Assembly (NCBI RefSeq): GCF_006345805.1
Contig: NC_043001.1
Span: 76,260,001 to 76,324,000, forward strand
Reading direction: 5' to 3'
DNA from: Octopus sinensis
Taxonomy: Eukaryota
Length of the DNA: 64,000 nt
Shown here: piece by piece, positions 13,872 through 26,625 of the stretch
Numbering within the stretch: the stretch's first letter is position 1
Layout: every line of letters starts with the position of its first letter
Notes under the pieces: model-generated
Database searches by the model: none
What the model was told of the DNA's origin: nothing
What the model saw: the letters and a program-made list of their open reading frames with translations, nothing else
Made by a program: the position numbers and the translations under genes

Positions 13872-14309
13872 GTGAACTTTCGTTGAAGGCGGCGAGCTGG
13901 CAGAAACGTTAGCACGCCGGGCGAAATGCTTAGCGGTATTTCGTCTGCCGTTACGTTCTGAGTTCAAATTCCGCCGAGGTCGACTTTACCTTTCATCCTT
14001 TCGGGGTCGATAAATTAAGTACCAGTTACGCACTGGGGTCGATGTAATCGACTTAATCCGTTCGTCTGTCCTTGTATGCCCCGCCCCCTCTGTGTTTATA
14101 TATATTGTGGGTAGTAAAGAAATAGGTATTTCGTCTGCCGCTACGTTCTGAGTTCAAATTCCGCCGAGGTCGACTTTGCCTTTCATCCTTTCGGAGATCG
14201 ATTAAATAAGTACCAGTTACGCACTGGGGTCGATATAATCGACTTAATCCGTTTGTCTGTCCTAGTTTGTCCCCTATGTGTATAGCCCCTTGTGGGCAGT
14301 AAAGAAATA
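13872..14309 (+). mobile_element. tRNA-derived SINE with a tandemly repeated body
   Basis: Head at 13885; body restarts at ~14126 (ggtatttcgtctgccg..). A 14-bp TSD agaaataactttct lies at 13858-13871 and 14310-14323. Confidence 0.85.
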
Positions 14310-14343
14310 AGAAATAACTTTCTTTATTATTTTATTCCTGTGT

Positions 14344-14375
<32 letters not shown>

Positions 14376-14537
14376 CGAGAGAGAGAATGGATTTTAAAAA
14401 TATAGATATCAATGAAGCATTCAGTTTTAAACGAATTTAGGTAACTATATCAAGCAATCAGACTCCAATAAATGCAATTAGAATTCACATCCTAGGTAAT
14501 TCCTCGTGTATGACAAATTTACTACAATAAAGAAATA

Positions 14538-16043
14538 CTGTAGAAAAACATGTAATTTACGCACTTTTTTTTCGCAAAAACAAAAATAAACTTTAGTGGG
14601 TGCGTAAATTACATGAGTAGATTGTTTCCAGAATTTTTTTAGAAATTCTTTTGGTTGAAAAATGACGTACGGGAAGTTAACTCATTTAATGTCAGAATAG
14701 GTTTTTACAGAAAAATATAATGAAGTTGACTTTTATTTATTTATTTTTCTGTATAAATTTACTAAAACCATTAAATGGTTAAATACTTTTTGAAGTTTGA
14801 CGTTCATGCTGGTGATCACGGTCCGGGCCATACTTTACATTTCTTTGAGTTTCTACCTATCGCGATGGAGCCTAGCAATTTCCTTAAATAGATCAGTTTT
14901 TCTCCGCTTAACAAGTCTAGTTTGCGTTTGCCTCCAGGAAGATATTGCTTGCTTTCTCCGCGTTAGTACAATGAAATTCATCACCGCAATATCGCCGCTA
15001 CTAGCTCTTGCTGCACCTAACGTCGACATCATCATAATTCATCCTTGCGCATGTAAACACATTAAGTGAATATGACTTAGCATTCCTACAGAAACCTTCA
15101 TTTACCTTAAACGATGTTTAATGTCGTTTCACATCCTCTATGAAGAGAACACATTCGTGTTTTCTTCATAGAACACTTCTAACGTTTTGCTAGAATAGAT
15201 TTTTGCTATTCTTGTTTATGTCTCCTCACAGACGTGTATATTCTTGCAATTCGCTTCTTAAATTTCAATATACCCTGAGTTAAAGACTTGCAAAGCTGTT
15301 TATTTTCTCCTTTCGACTTTTAATGTTTCTTTTAGCGGGTTACCAAACTATCAGTTTGGTCTCCCGGCTAAAACGGTAATAACAAATTTTTAAGTTTGCT
15401 TGACATTTCATAAGTGTGAAAGGGATTAAAATTTCGATACTCCGTATCAAAGGTTCCGTTAAGATTAGGTAGAAAATCAAATCTTGAGACTAGAAGACAG
15501 TTTCGACCAATCAGAATTCTGCTTACATAATCAGTTAGATTGGTCACCTTCCTCTGTTGGTTGAGTAAAGTGCCATCCAAGCTGATGTTTATTGGTAATT
15601 AAACTTATTTTGCAATACTTATGCATATTTATCAGCTTTGTTTTTGTTGGTGATTCTTATCAACAACTTTTCCTGTAATCGTGATTTGAGAAGGCATACA
15701 GAAATATGCTAAAGATCGGACATAATTTCTTGTGGGCAAGAAATATAAAATAAAGTTTATTATAAGCAACACAAGCACTTCGTAGTTTAATAGCTTTCAA
15801 TGTGATACTTGTTAAACAGAAATTATTTTTATATAATGAAAATTTAATAAAATCTAATCATAAGTAAGTGAAATTATGCTAAATACAACTAAATTGAAAA
15901 CCTTTTTTCCCCTGGCCATATCGGCAGTTCTGGAAACTTTTGAGTGCGAATTTTACACGAGTAGAAGCTTTTTTTCACAATTTTTATCCTGAAAATCACC
16001 TGCATAAATTACACAGGTGCGCAAATTACATGGGTTTTTACGG
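14538..16043. mobile_element. Old Tc1/mariner-superfamily (Tc2/pogo-like) DNA transposon relic
   Basis: Imperfect TIRs ctgtagaaaaacatgtaatttacgcac / gtgcgcaaattacatgggtttttacgg, each flanked by TA; decayed ORF-like interior. Confidence 0.55.
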
Positions 16044-16350
16044 TATGTAATGCCCATTATTTATACCTTGTCTTGTATACACTCTGTGTAAAAGACCAGT
16101 ATAACTCGAAAGCAATAATGGATTTACAATATAGAATGGTGATGAGCTATAACCTCGAACCCTGCCACAAGTAGACTCAGAATTCTTTACTAATCTAAAA
16201 ATATTGTTAACCTGATGTATTAACAGAGACCAGATATATATATATATTTTTAATCCAAACATGAAAACACAAAGAGAAAACACAACAACGCGAGGACGTG
16301 GAACAAGTATAGTGTTATTGGACGCTCAGGAAAGGAAAGAAAGAAGAAGG

Positions 16351-16385
16351 ATTTAACGTTTCGAGCGGAGTTCTTCGTCAGAAAC
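16351..16385 (-). ncRNA. Minimal hammerhead-like motif within a Penelope-type repeat fragment (~16250-16460)
   Basis: Minus strand reads gttt-CUGACGA-A-GAAC UCC GCUC-GAAAC-GUU-aaat, with palindromic AACGUU helix III, 4-bp helix I and one mismatch in helix II. Confidence 0.5.
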
Positions 16386-16723
16386 ATAGAAAAGGGAAAG
16401 ATCCAAGCAAGGGAAGACGGAGGAAAAAAATCGCCAATGATACACACGCGGTCTGCTATTATGTCAAATGCGTTTTTTCAATATTTATTTTGCTTGCCGG
16501 TTCTTTTGGTCAAACTATCGTATCTCCAGCTGCTTCAGATGCCAAGATATCAAAAATTGTCAAAGTGTAGTACAACGGTTTAGCTATGGAATGGTGAAAC
16601 TATCTTTTTCGTTTTCTGAAAAAGCAACGTTTTGGACTTACGACACTTTTGCATAATAGCAATGATGTGTGTGTGTAACTACACACGTGCTGTTGGCGAT
16701 TTCTTAATATATTTCTTGCACAC

Positions 16724-16959
16724 TAAAGGCGGCGAGCTGGCAGAAACGTTAGCGCGCCGGGCGAAATGCTAAGCGGTATTTCGTCTGTCGCAACGTTCTG
16801 AGTTCAAATTCCGCCGAGGTCGACTTTGCCTTTCATCCTTTCGGGGTCGATAAATTAAGTACCAGTTACGCACTGGGGTCGATGTAATCGACTTAATCCG
16901 TTTGTCTGTCCTTGTTTGTCCCCTCTATGTTTAGCCCCTTGTGGGTAATAAAGAAATAA
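16724..16959 (+). mobile_element. Full-length tRNA-derived SINE
   Basis: Same family as 13885; 17-bp TSD atatattt(c/g)ttgcacac at 16707-16723 and 16960-16976. Confidence 0.9.
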
Positions 16960-17111
16960 ATATATTTGTTGCACACGTCCCTCTTGTTGTCCGTTAAATA
17001 TATTCGTTTATTTAAATTGATTGTTTATTTGAATTGACTATACCCAAAACAAACATTAATTACCTCCTCAAAACAAACATTAAATAATGTATTTTTATTT
17101 CCATATTACAG

Positions 17112-17191
17112 AAGAGTACCAAGACTTAATGGAGGACATTGTAACGGATGGTCAACTCTATAAACCTTATCAACATCAACAGCTTTTTAAA
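17112..17191 (+). CDS. SCUBE: SCUBE penultimate coding exon (absent from the ORF track)
   Basis: ttacag acceptor and gtaagg donor, phase 1-0. Translates (E)EYQDLMEDIVTDGQLYKPYQHQQLFK, matching SCUBE EDYQ.[22 protein letters not shown]. Confidence 0.93.
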
Positions 17192-17289
17192 GTAAGGCTC
17201 TTTCATTGCAACCAACTTTAATGTACAATAGAATCCGTGAGATTACTTTTTGAATGAACCATTTAGATAACAATAATAAAGATAAATGC

Positions 17290-17533
17290 GCCCTTTTAAA
17301 GCCTAGCCAGGCTCATGGCCCCGGTTTCCCGGTTTCAATGGCGTATGTGTTCCCCGGCTGGACGGGACACCAGTCCATCGCAGCGTTACTCATTTTTGCC
17401 AGCTGAGCGGACTGGAGCAACGTGAAATAAATTGTTTTGCTCAAGAACACAAAGCGTCGCCCGGTCCAGGAATCGCAACCACAATCTCACGATCATGTTG
17501 CTGAGACCCTAACCACTAAGCCACGTGCCTCCA
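17290..17533 (-). mobile_element. tRNA-derived SINE (CORE-like family)
   Basis: Reverse complement starts gtggaggcacgtggcttagtggttaggg, with a body shared with the copy at 2211. Confidence 0.8.
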
Positions 17534-18575
17534 CAGATAACAATAACTGGATGGTAATATTAAAGAGAGGATATAAGGAGGCGAGCAGGTAGAATCGTTA
17601 GCATGCCAAGCAAAATGCTTAGTGGCATTTCGTTCATCTTTACGTTCGGAGTTCTTATTCCACCGGGGATGACTTTGCCTTTCCACCTTTCAGGGTCGAT
17701 AAAATAAGTACCAGTTAATTACTGGTACTTACTGGAGCATTCAGCTTAACCCCTCCCCTACAATTGCTGGCCTTGTGTCAAAATTTGAAACCCATATTAA
17801 GTAGATAACTGTAATTGTTTGAAAACATTGTTTATGATTATAATAAGCGGCTTCTGGAGTCTTTTTGTTATTCATCGTATTTTCGGTGGTTTTGCGTTGA
17901 TGTTTGATATCATTTCTGTTATCAGTAACTCTACAGGTAATATACTTCATATACATTAGTTAAAGTGTTACGACTTGATAATATTTACGATTTGTTTAAG
18001 AAGGATAATTTAGTAGCGACGCCTGCTGGGTTCGGCTGCTCTGCATTGATAAGAGGCAAATACCTTGAAACTAGCATGCAGGTGCCTGACCAGCAAGAGG
18101 AAGCGGCTGACCTCCCTTGATCGAAGGTTATACTAGACATAGGTTCGTGTGTCACATAGCTAGCTAGAGGCGATGGCCTCTTGGAGTTAATCAACGGCAG
18201 CGTTCGTCCTATATTTCTGGACTGCCATATTAGCTTGACGATAACTATTAATATCCAGTACCGCTGCCGTAATCTCCTTTAGAGAGACTTTGAAATATTA
18301 ATATTTCAATTTAGTAAAAGTCATGGCAGTAAGTGCCAAAGAACTGTATCACTATACGCAGATACTCATAAACACACACAAATACATACATACATACATA
18401 CATACATACATACATACATACATACATACATACATACATACATACATAAGAATTTAATAAACTTTCGAGAGTATTCTTTGAAACATTGGTTCTCGAGGCA
18501 CATCATATAGAGCTATAAATAATAGCATGCGAAATTGCTTTTAAAAATCCTTTTGGGGTACAAAAAGTGTCGAAG

Positions 18576-18645
18576 GCTACGCTTTGGACTCGAACCTACA
18601 TTTCCTGCAGACACCACAGCCGCTCTACAATTGAACCAACGCAAA
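18576..18645 (-). pseudogene. Degenerate solitary tRNA-like sequence (pseudo-tRNA or orphan SINE head)
   Basis: A-box-like TGGTTCAATTGTAGAGC and B box GGTTCGAGTCC; D stem GTTC/GAGC; anticodon stem CTGT/GCAG with a non-canonical GGTGTCT loop; weak T and acceptor stems. Confidence 0.45.
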
Positions 18646-18874
18646 CTTTCAATTTTCTTTATCCATAAAGAAGACAATCCGTTCTAGCTTAAGGTGCGGT
18701 GATATAAGCGGATGTGCATATATATATACACATATATATAAATACACATACATATTCATACGTGCATATGTGTTGCATGCATGTATGCATGTATGTATGT
18801 ATGTTAAACTTTTTGAAGGAATAGGTTAAACAGTGACTTCGAAACATCGACTTGCTTGTCTTGTTGTTTGAATA

Positions 18875-19110
18875 AGGCGGCGAGCTGGCAGAAACGTTAG
18901 CACGCCGGGCGATATGCATAGCAGTATTTCGTCTGTCGTTACGTTCTGAGTTCAAATTCCGCCGAGGTCGATTTTGCCTTTCATCTTTTCTGGGTCGATA
19001 AATTAAGTACCAGTTACGTGCTAGGGTCGATGTAATCGACTTAATCCGTTTGTCTGTTCTTGTTTGTCCCCTCCGTGTGTAGCCTCTTGTGAGCAATAAA
19101 TAAATAAGTC
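18875..19110 (+). mobile_element. Full-length tRNA-derived SINE
   Basis: Same family as 13885; flanking duplication tgaataaggcg at 18869 and 19111. Confidence 0.88.
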
Positions 19111-19533
19111 TGAATAAGGCGAGCAAATCGAAACTGTCAACCTTTTCCTCGTAAAAGTTTGATAAACTTATACTCTATTAAAAACAAAATAATGTTGTTC
19201 ATGTCTGCACACGACTACCTAGGCACCTAAAGCAGTTAGCAAAATCATGAATCGTGTTACCACGCCATACTCGCCCAAGAATAATAATATGGCTGTAATT
19301 TTTTTATCCTCTTGTTACTAAAAATATGAATAGGTTTATCAACAGTAACAAAGCGGTTACTACGATTGTATCCTAGTAAATTATCATAGACGCAGTTACG
19401 GTTGGAATGCAGTTGATCATGGGTTTGCGTGTCGCTTTACACTACTCTTCTAAGAAGACAGCCTTAGAAATGAATATTGATTTTACTATATTAATAATTC
19501 TTTGATTAATGTTTTTTTTTTCTTCTCTTTCAG

Positions 19534-19674
19534 AACCGATATCTACTTTCAATTCTTCTAGATGTCATTGCTCAGCCAATCAAGTTTTATTTCTATGCTA
19601 ATGTATCAAAAACTCTAGTACCGGAATCATTTTTTAAACTTCTACAGCCAAAAGTAACGAAATTCTTCGACTAA
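19534..19674 (+). CDS. SCUBE: SCUBE terminal coding exon with TAA stop
   Basis: Strong polypyrimidine tract plus cag. Translates NRYLLSILLDVIAQPIKFYFYANVSKTLVPESFFKLLQPKVTKFFD*, matching SCUBE DKKLIKALFDVLAHPQNYF..FPRSFI.LLRSKV.RF. All five exons join in frame. Confidence 0.92.
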   Translation, partial: NRYLLSILLDVIAQPIKFYFYANVSKTLVPESFFKLLQPKVTKFFD

Positions 19675-19868
19675 ATGTGTTTTAGTTCATTTTCCTTTTT
19701 TTTTTTATCTGTTTATATATATATATATTTTTGTCTTTACCCGTTGCCCACAGCTGTTTGACGTCTAGCGACAACGAGAAGGTTTGATGCTAGCAAATGA
19801 GTGAAAATTCCACTGCTGTGGCAAACAGAAATACTGATTTTTAAACTAAAGACTCAATCACATACATA

Positions 19869-19874
19869 AATAAA
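19869..19874 (+). terminator. Candidate polyadenylation signal for SCUBE
   Basis: AATAAA about 200 bp after the stop codon. The context is AT-rich, so a chance match is possible. Confidence 0.35.
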
Positions 19875-20019
19875 GACAATATAGGAGGTACTGTTGACAC
19901 ATTAAATACCTTTATTAATATATTTAGAAAAGTTTTATAGACACGCCATTAATAGGAATATTGATAAAAATGTTTAAGTATACAAGAAACAAGATATAAT
20001 ATAGCCGTTGATTAAAAGA

Positions 20020-20195
20020 GGGTGAATACATACATGTGTGTATATATATGTGTATGTATGTATGTATGTATGTATGTATGTATGTATGTATGTATGTATG
20101 TATGTATGTATGTATGTATGTATGTATGTATGTATGTATGTATGTATGTATGTATGTATGTATGTATGTATGTATGTATGTATGTATGCATGCAT
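20020..20195. repeat. (TATG)n microsatellite
   Basis: Seen directly; it produces several spurious YIHT/MYVC ORFs. Confidence 0.97.
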
Positions 20196-20764
20196 GCATG
20201 TCTATGAGGTTGTACGTACGTATGCATTTTGCATTGAAAATACGGCTGTGTTCTAGTTTTCTCTTTTCTCCTTTTTTATGAGTTCCTTGCAGTTGGAAAC
20301 AATTTCATAAATTCATTATCAACGTTTATAGAACTTCTGTGTCTTATCTTCTATAAAGAGGGAGCAACACACGGTAATATTATTTCAGTCTGAAGTGATG
20401 TTGGCGTGTGTTTTGTAACATGATGGCAGTCGTGTTTTCAGTACAACTTTTACGTACGTGCATGTGTGTACACACTTACACACACACAAACACACATATA
20501 TATGTTAATGAGAGTGAGTTCGTGTGTTTGCGCGTGTGTGTGTGTACACAAAACTGTACGCATATTTGCATACACATCTATATTTATGTTATGTATCTAC
20601 ACATTAATACATATACACAAATACATATGTGTCTATATGAGTGTGTGAATGCATGTAAATATATAAGCATATATATATATATATATAATATATATATATA
20701 ATATAGATATATATATATATATACATACACTCGCACTCACATATATGTATATATACAAATACAT

Positions 20765-20797
<33 letters not shown>

Positions 20798-20914
20798 TAC
20801 GTACACGCTAATATATATATATATAGGGTGGGGGGAAATGTTTGTGTCTGTGAATATGGTTTAATTACGACAATCGTTTTTCTTTATACAATCCTGTTAA
20901 CTAATCAATTAGAT

Positions 20915-21198
20915 CATTGGTTCTCAATCTTCGTGACTTCGTGGTTTTCTGAGAATAACAAGACAAAAATCAATCAACGGTGCAGTTCGATACGGCAAGT
21001 TTTTTTTTAAAAATAAAAACAACTTTTAAAATTGAAAAAAAAATGTATAAAAAACAGAAAAACTATCGCTTATCTTATTTTATTAAATTATTAATTATAT
21101 TTGTGCATAACAAAATTATAAATAATACGTTTTGAATTTGCTAAAACTTAAATTATATTCATAAAAACCCATGCTGCATCAAGATACGAGAACCACTG
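20915..21198. mobile_element. hAT-type MITE
   Basis: TIRs cattggttctcaa / cgagaaccactg, of the CAGTGGTTCTC type; TSD degenerate. Confidence 0.5.
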
Positions 21199-21289
21199 CA
21201 CAAGATAGCCGTTAGAAAATCTATAAAGGGAGGTAACTCTAATCTCTCTAGTTAAGTACCTGTTGTATGTGAATCTTCATGATATATAT

Positions 21290-21870
<581 letters not shown>

Positions 21871-22397
21871 ATAAATCATTTAAAATATAGACTTATAATC
21901 CTGATTAAAATACCTAAAGAACTAATAACAATAATATTGAACTGACCGAATTTATCCTTTTTTTTCGTTCTTTTTTTCTGACAAGTTATTAAAACCTTCA
22001 ACTTAGCATTGTTTATGTAATACATTTATAGCTTAGCTTTATGTTTTAGTTATAAGTAATAACAAAAATAGAATAGAACACACGCACAGACACACCACAC
22101 ACACACAACACATGCATACATACATACATACTCACATACATACAACATACATACATACATACATACATACATACATACATAGACTTGGAGACACTCGCCG
22201 ATACTTACACGCACACAAACATACATTCTATGGATATATATATATACAGAGTATTTGTATGTTTGTGTGTATCTAACTATATATATATATATATATTATA
22301 TATATATATATATTATATATATATAATACATATATATATATGCAAGTATACATATACAGATATACAAACACTTTCACATATACATACATACATACAT

Positions 22398-22430
<33 letters not shown>

Positions 22431-22611
22431 TACATACAAACGCACACGTACTACGCATGCACGCATACCACAAGCACAACAGACACACCTTTGGCCCAAA
22501 CACCTGAAGAACAGAAGAAAGTCTCAAAGAAAATGTATTTTGCAGCCAGACATAATCACACCATATCAATAAACCTACAAGACAGTTTTTGTTTCGTTAC
22601 GAATTATCAGT

Positions 22612-22972
22612 GATCTCTCTCTCTCTCCCCCTCTCTCTCCCTCTCTCTCTCCCTCTCTCTCACGCTTTCTCTCTCTCTCGCTCGCTCGCTCGCTTTCTCT
22701 CTCTCTCTTTCTCTCGCTCGCTCGCTTTCTCTCTCTCTTCCTATCTCTCTTTCTCTCTTCCTATCTCTCTTTCTCTCTTTCCCCCCTCTCTCGCTCGCTT
22801 TCTCTCTCTCTCTCTCTTTCTATTTCTCTTTCTCCCCCTCTCTTTCTTTCTCTCGCTCCCTCGCTCGCTTTCTCTCTCTCATTCCCTCGCTCGCTCGCTT
22901 TCTCTCTCTCTCTTTCTCTCGCTCACTCTCTGTCTCTCTCTTCCTATCTCTTTTTCCCTCTCTCTATATCCC

Positions 22973-23060
<88 letters not shown>
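22612..23060. repeat. (CT)n/(CTCG)n polypyrimidine microsatellite
   Basis: Seen directly; it produces the SLSL ORF 22589-23134. Confidence 0.97.
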
Positions 23061-23061
<1 letters not shown>

Positions 23062-23692
23062 GCTTGAACTTGAACTTGAGTTTGAGGTCTTAGAGTCACT
23101 ACGATTGCTATATTTGCTTATGATAGTGAACTAATGAGCAACATACATATTTTGTTTTTCAAATTTTAATTGGAAGATTAACATAATTTAAGGCAAACTA
23201 GAACAGGGGAATAAAGCAAATATATTACGAGTAAGAAGTGAGATGGGGAAGAAAGTAATAGACCAAAATAGTAAGTTGGTGTTGGCAAGCATGACGGCGT
23301 AAGATGGTGGTTTACGAGAGAACGACAATGAATATATGATAGAGGAAAGAAGAAAATGTTGTAGAGGGAGGGGTGGAAGGAGGATGAGCAGAGAGAGAGA
23401 GAGAGAGAAGGAGAGAGAGCGAACGAAAGAGAAGAAAGACTACATCATGTTTCCTTATGAGCAATATCGGGAGAACAGGAGGCAAAATACATTGTAGTAT
23501 TCAATTACTGTCTCCTTATATTGTGAGTTTGAATCCTGATGAGGTTGACTTTCATTTTTAATCTTTACATGGTCAATAAAATTAACGTGCCAGTTAAGTA
23601 GTGGAGTTGAGTTTAAAAGATTAACCTCTTTTCTCACATTTGAGGACTTGCGCCTATTTAAGAAATTGTTATTATGATTATTAATGTTATTC

Positions 23693-23990
23693 AAGGCGGC
23701 GAGTTGGCAGGAATCGTTAGCGCACCGGGCAAAATGCTTAGCGGTATTTCGTCCGTCTTTACGTTCTGAGTTCAAATTCCGCCGAGGTCGACTTTGCCTT
23801 TCATCCTTTCGGGGTCGATAAATTAAGTACCAGTTACGCACTGGGGTCGATGTAATCGACTTAATCCGTTTGTCTGTCCTTGTTTGTCCTCTCTGTGTTT
23901 AGCCCCTTGTGGGTAGTAAAGAAATAGGTATTTCGTCCGTCCTTACGCTCTGAGTTCAAATTCCGCCGGGGTCGACTTTACTTTTCGTCG
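23693..23990 (+). mobile_element. tRNA-derived SINE with a partial second body
   Basis: Same family as 13885; body restarts at ~23927. Confidence 0.85.
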
Positions 23991-24046
23991 ATGAAATCGG
24001 CTACCCTCTTCCCCAAATTTCAGGTCTTGTGCCTATAGTAGAAAAG

Positions 24047-24094
<48 letters not shown>

Positions 24095-24463
24095 AAGGTG
24101 ATGAGGTGGCAGAATCGTTAGCCAAATTCCACCGATATCGACTTTGCCTTTCGTCCTTTCGGGGTCGATAGAATAAATACCAGTTGAGCACTGGGATCAA
24201 TTGTCTAGCTCCCTCCCTCAAAATTTCAAGACTTGTGTCTATAGTAGAAAGGATTTAATATTATCATTGTTGCTGCTATTGTTATTGCATTGCAGCCCCT
24301 CCACCTACTACTACACAAGACACTCTAAAACTGGGGTTCCATGTAAAACAATAAAAAAAATCTCCCGAGAGTTCGAATTTTTATATCGACAATATCAAGT
24401 ATTGCAATATCAATACTGAACGTTTTTCACAACAGTCACCAAGGATTACTACTACAACTGCTG

Positions 24464-24545
<82 letters not shown>

Positions 24546-25696
24546 ATGTACTGCTAGTTTTATTACTACTTCTTATAACACTTATTAATGTAATAAACGA
24601 CAAGGTGGCGAGCTGGCAAAACAGCATGCCGGTCAAAATGCTTAGCGACATTATATCCGTTTTTATATTCTGAGTTCAAATTCTGTCGAGGTCGACTTTG
24701 CCTTTCATCCTTTCTGGGTCGATAAAATAAGTACCTGTTGTGTACTGGGGTCGATGTAATCGACTTACCCCCTCCTCCGACCTTGCTGGCCTTAAGCCAC
24801 AATTTGAAATCAACACTTCAGATGTTTCATCTTCTGTATAAGTCAGGCATTTTTTTTTTTGTCATTATTGTATTTGACTCCTTTATTATGTGACTGAAAA
24901 GCTTATGTTCTGTGCTAGCCCTTAACTCAACAGCCTCAAACGGACACAAATATAACATCCTCTTACTTGTGTAACTATTCAAAGTGTATCGTGTTTGCTA
25001 CTGCAGCTATCGGGAAAAAAAGTTAAAGAAAATAACAATCAGATTTTATAACTTGTGTATCGTTATAGTCAATCTCCATTCGCTGTCATTCGTTCTACCC
25101 TTTCATTGTTTCTATTAACAAACAACTGCAATCAAAAAACAAACCATGTCAGTCACTCTTACAACCACAATCACGGTCATGAGTCTGGGTTATTTGTACT
25201 TACGTAACTTTTGCAACTCAGCGTGAATAACACGTTCTGTGTTAACCACTAATTAACTAAGATTTATCTATTTCAACATTCATGTGTTCTTATTACTGCT
25301 TTTATGTTTGTTTCTTTTTAATAACTCAATTGTCATAAATTCTATGTCACTTTGATTAATGTAATATAACCCAGACCACACGTTCTTTACTATTCTTCTT
25401 GTCATTTGTGCTATACGTCCATAAATAAATGCAATACCTCAATCACTGCTTCTAATATATGCCACCACACGGAGAGTATGTAACAGCTGTGTCATACTAT
25501 TGCCTCAATAAACTCTCTAATATAACAGCTGAACCAACACAGCTAATGTAAAACATCCTACGTTCACAAAACATAAGAACAATGTCACATTGAGAATACA
25601 TTTCCTGTCATTGGTTATAACACCTGTATTACCATTTCAAGTGTACAAGCTACAGGAATCATAAAATTTGCTCCATACAACTACCACTACTACCAG

Positions 25697-26625
25697 GTGA
25701 CCTTATTGTCTCGCGTCTTTGGATTCATAGGACCAGTTAACCGGTTTCCATGGCGTATACGTGACCGCGATCACAACATATCCCTGAACGGGACGCGAAA
25801 TTTTTTTCCCACGAGAGTTCCGGACCCCAGTAATGAACTTATTTGCATACAGCCAATCAGAGCTCACCTCGAAAATCCGCATACTGTGTACTACTGCAGT
25901 ACAGCCAGTCAGGCATAGAATGGTGTATGCCACTCTGTGAGTACAGCATAGCAGGTTTCACATAAGCACCACATCCTCACTACCATCCTTATAGATCAAT
26001 TGAGCACCATCTCTATATGTAACTAACATTAGGTACCTATGCTCAGACTGAGATTAGTGATACTGCATGTACCCATTGATATATATGCAAGGAAGGTGCA
26101 GTACGACACAACGCCATATTGATTACAATGTTTCCAGATCAACACCAACATTTTAAATTAGGAATGTACAAAATCAGTCAAAAAATTAGTAAACTACACA
26201 CATTTACATTTTCTAGTAAATTACGCAAATTGGCAAAACTTATGGCATCATCTGTGAGAAGCTCTCCATTCACTTTATACAGAGAACTTCCTATTTGTCA
26301 TCCCTATTAATCCATTTAAAACAGATTTTGCTATAGCACACATTTTCCATTGAACTCAACCAGAGTACTTTCGTGACTTGGTGGATACTAGTTTGATAGT
26401 TGAGCCCTGATGAGCTGTATGCAAATGAGTTCATAGCTGGGGGGGGGGTCCGGAACTCTCGTAGGAAAAAAATTTTGCCGGACACCAATCCATCGCAGGA
26501 GTATATCGGAGAAAGTGAAATAAAGTGCTTTGCTCTAAAACACAACGCACCACCCAGTCCGGGAACTGAATCCAAGACCTCGCGATCGTGTGGAAAAACC
26601 CTAACCACTAGGCCACGCGTCTTCA
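25697..26625 (-). mobile_element. tRNA-derived SINE split by a nested MITE
   Basis: Head (reverse complement gaagacgcgtggcctagtggttagg) at 26625-26478 and tail at 25795-25700; the two halves rejoin as cctgaacgggacg|ccaatccatcgcagg. Confidence 0.7.
25796..26477. mobile_element. MITE or non-autonomous DNA transposon with ~70-bp TIRs
   Basis: 25796-25866 is the inverted copy of 26401-26477; a 7-8-bp duplication cgggacg(c)/ccggaca(c) of the host SINE flanks it. Confidence 0.75.

Noticed and set aside
18689-19126. Recurrent ORFs containing YRPRKDERQSRPRRNLNSE (18689, 23455, 24566)
   Set aside because: They are the antisense reading of the tRNA-derived SINE, not a gene family.
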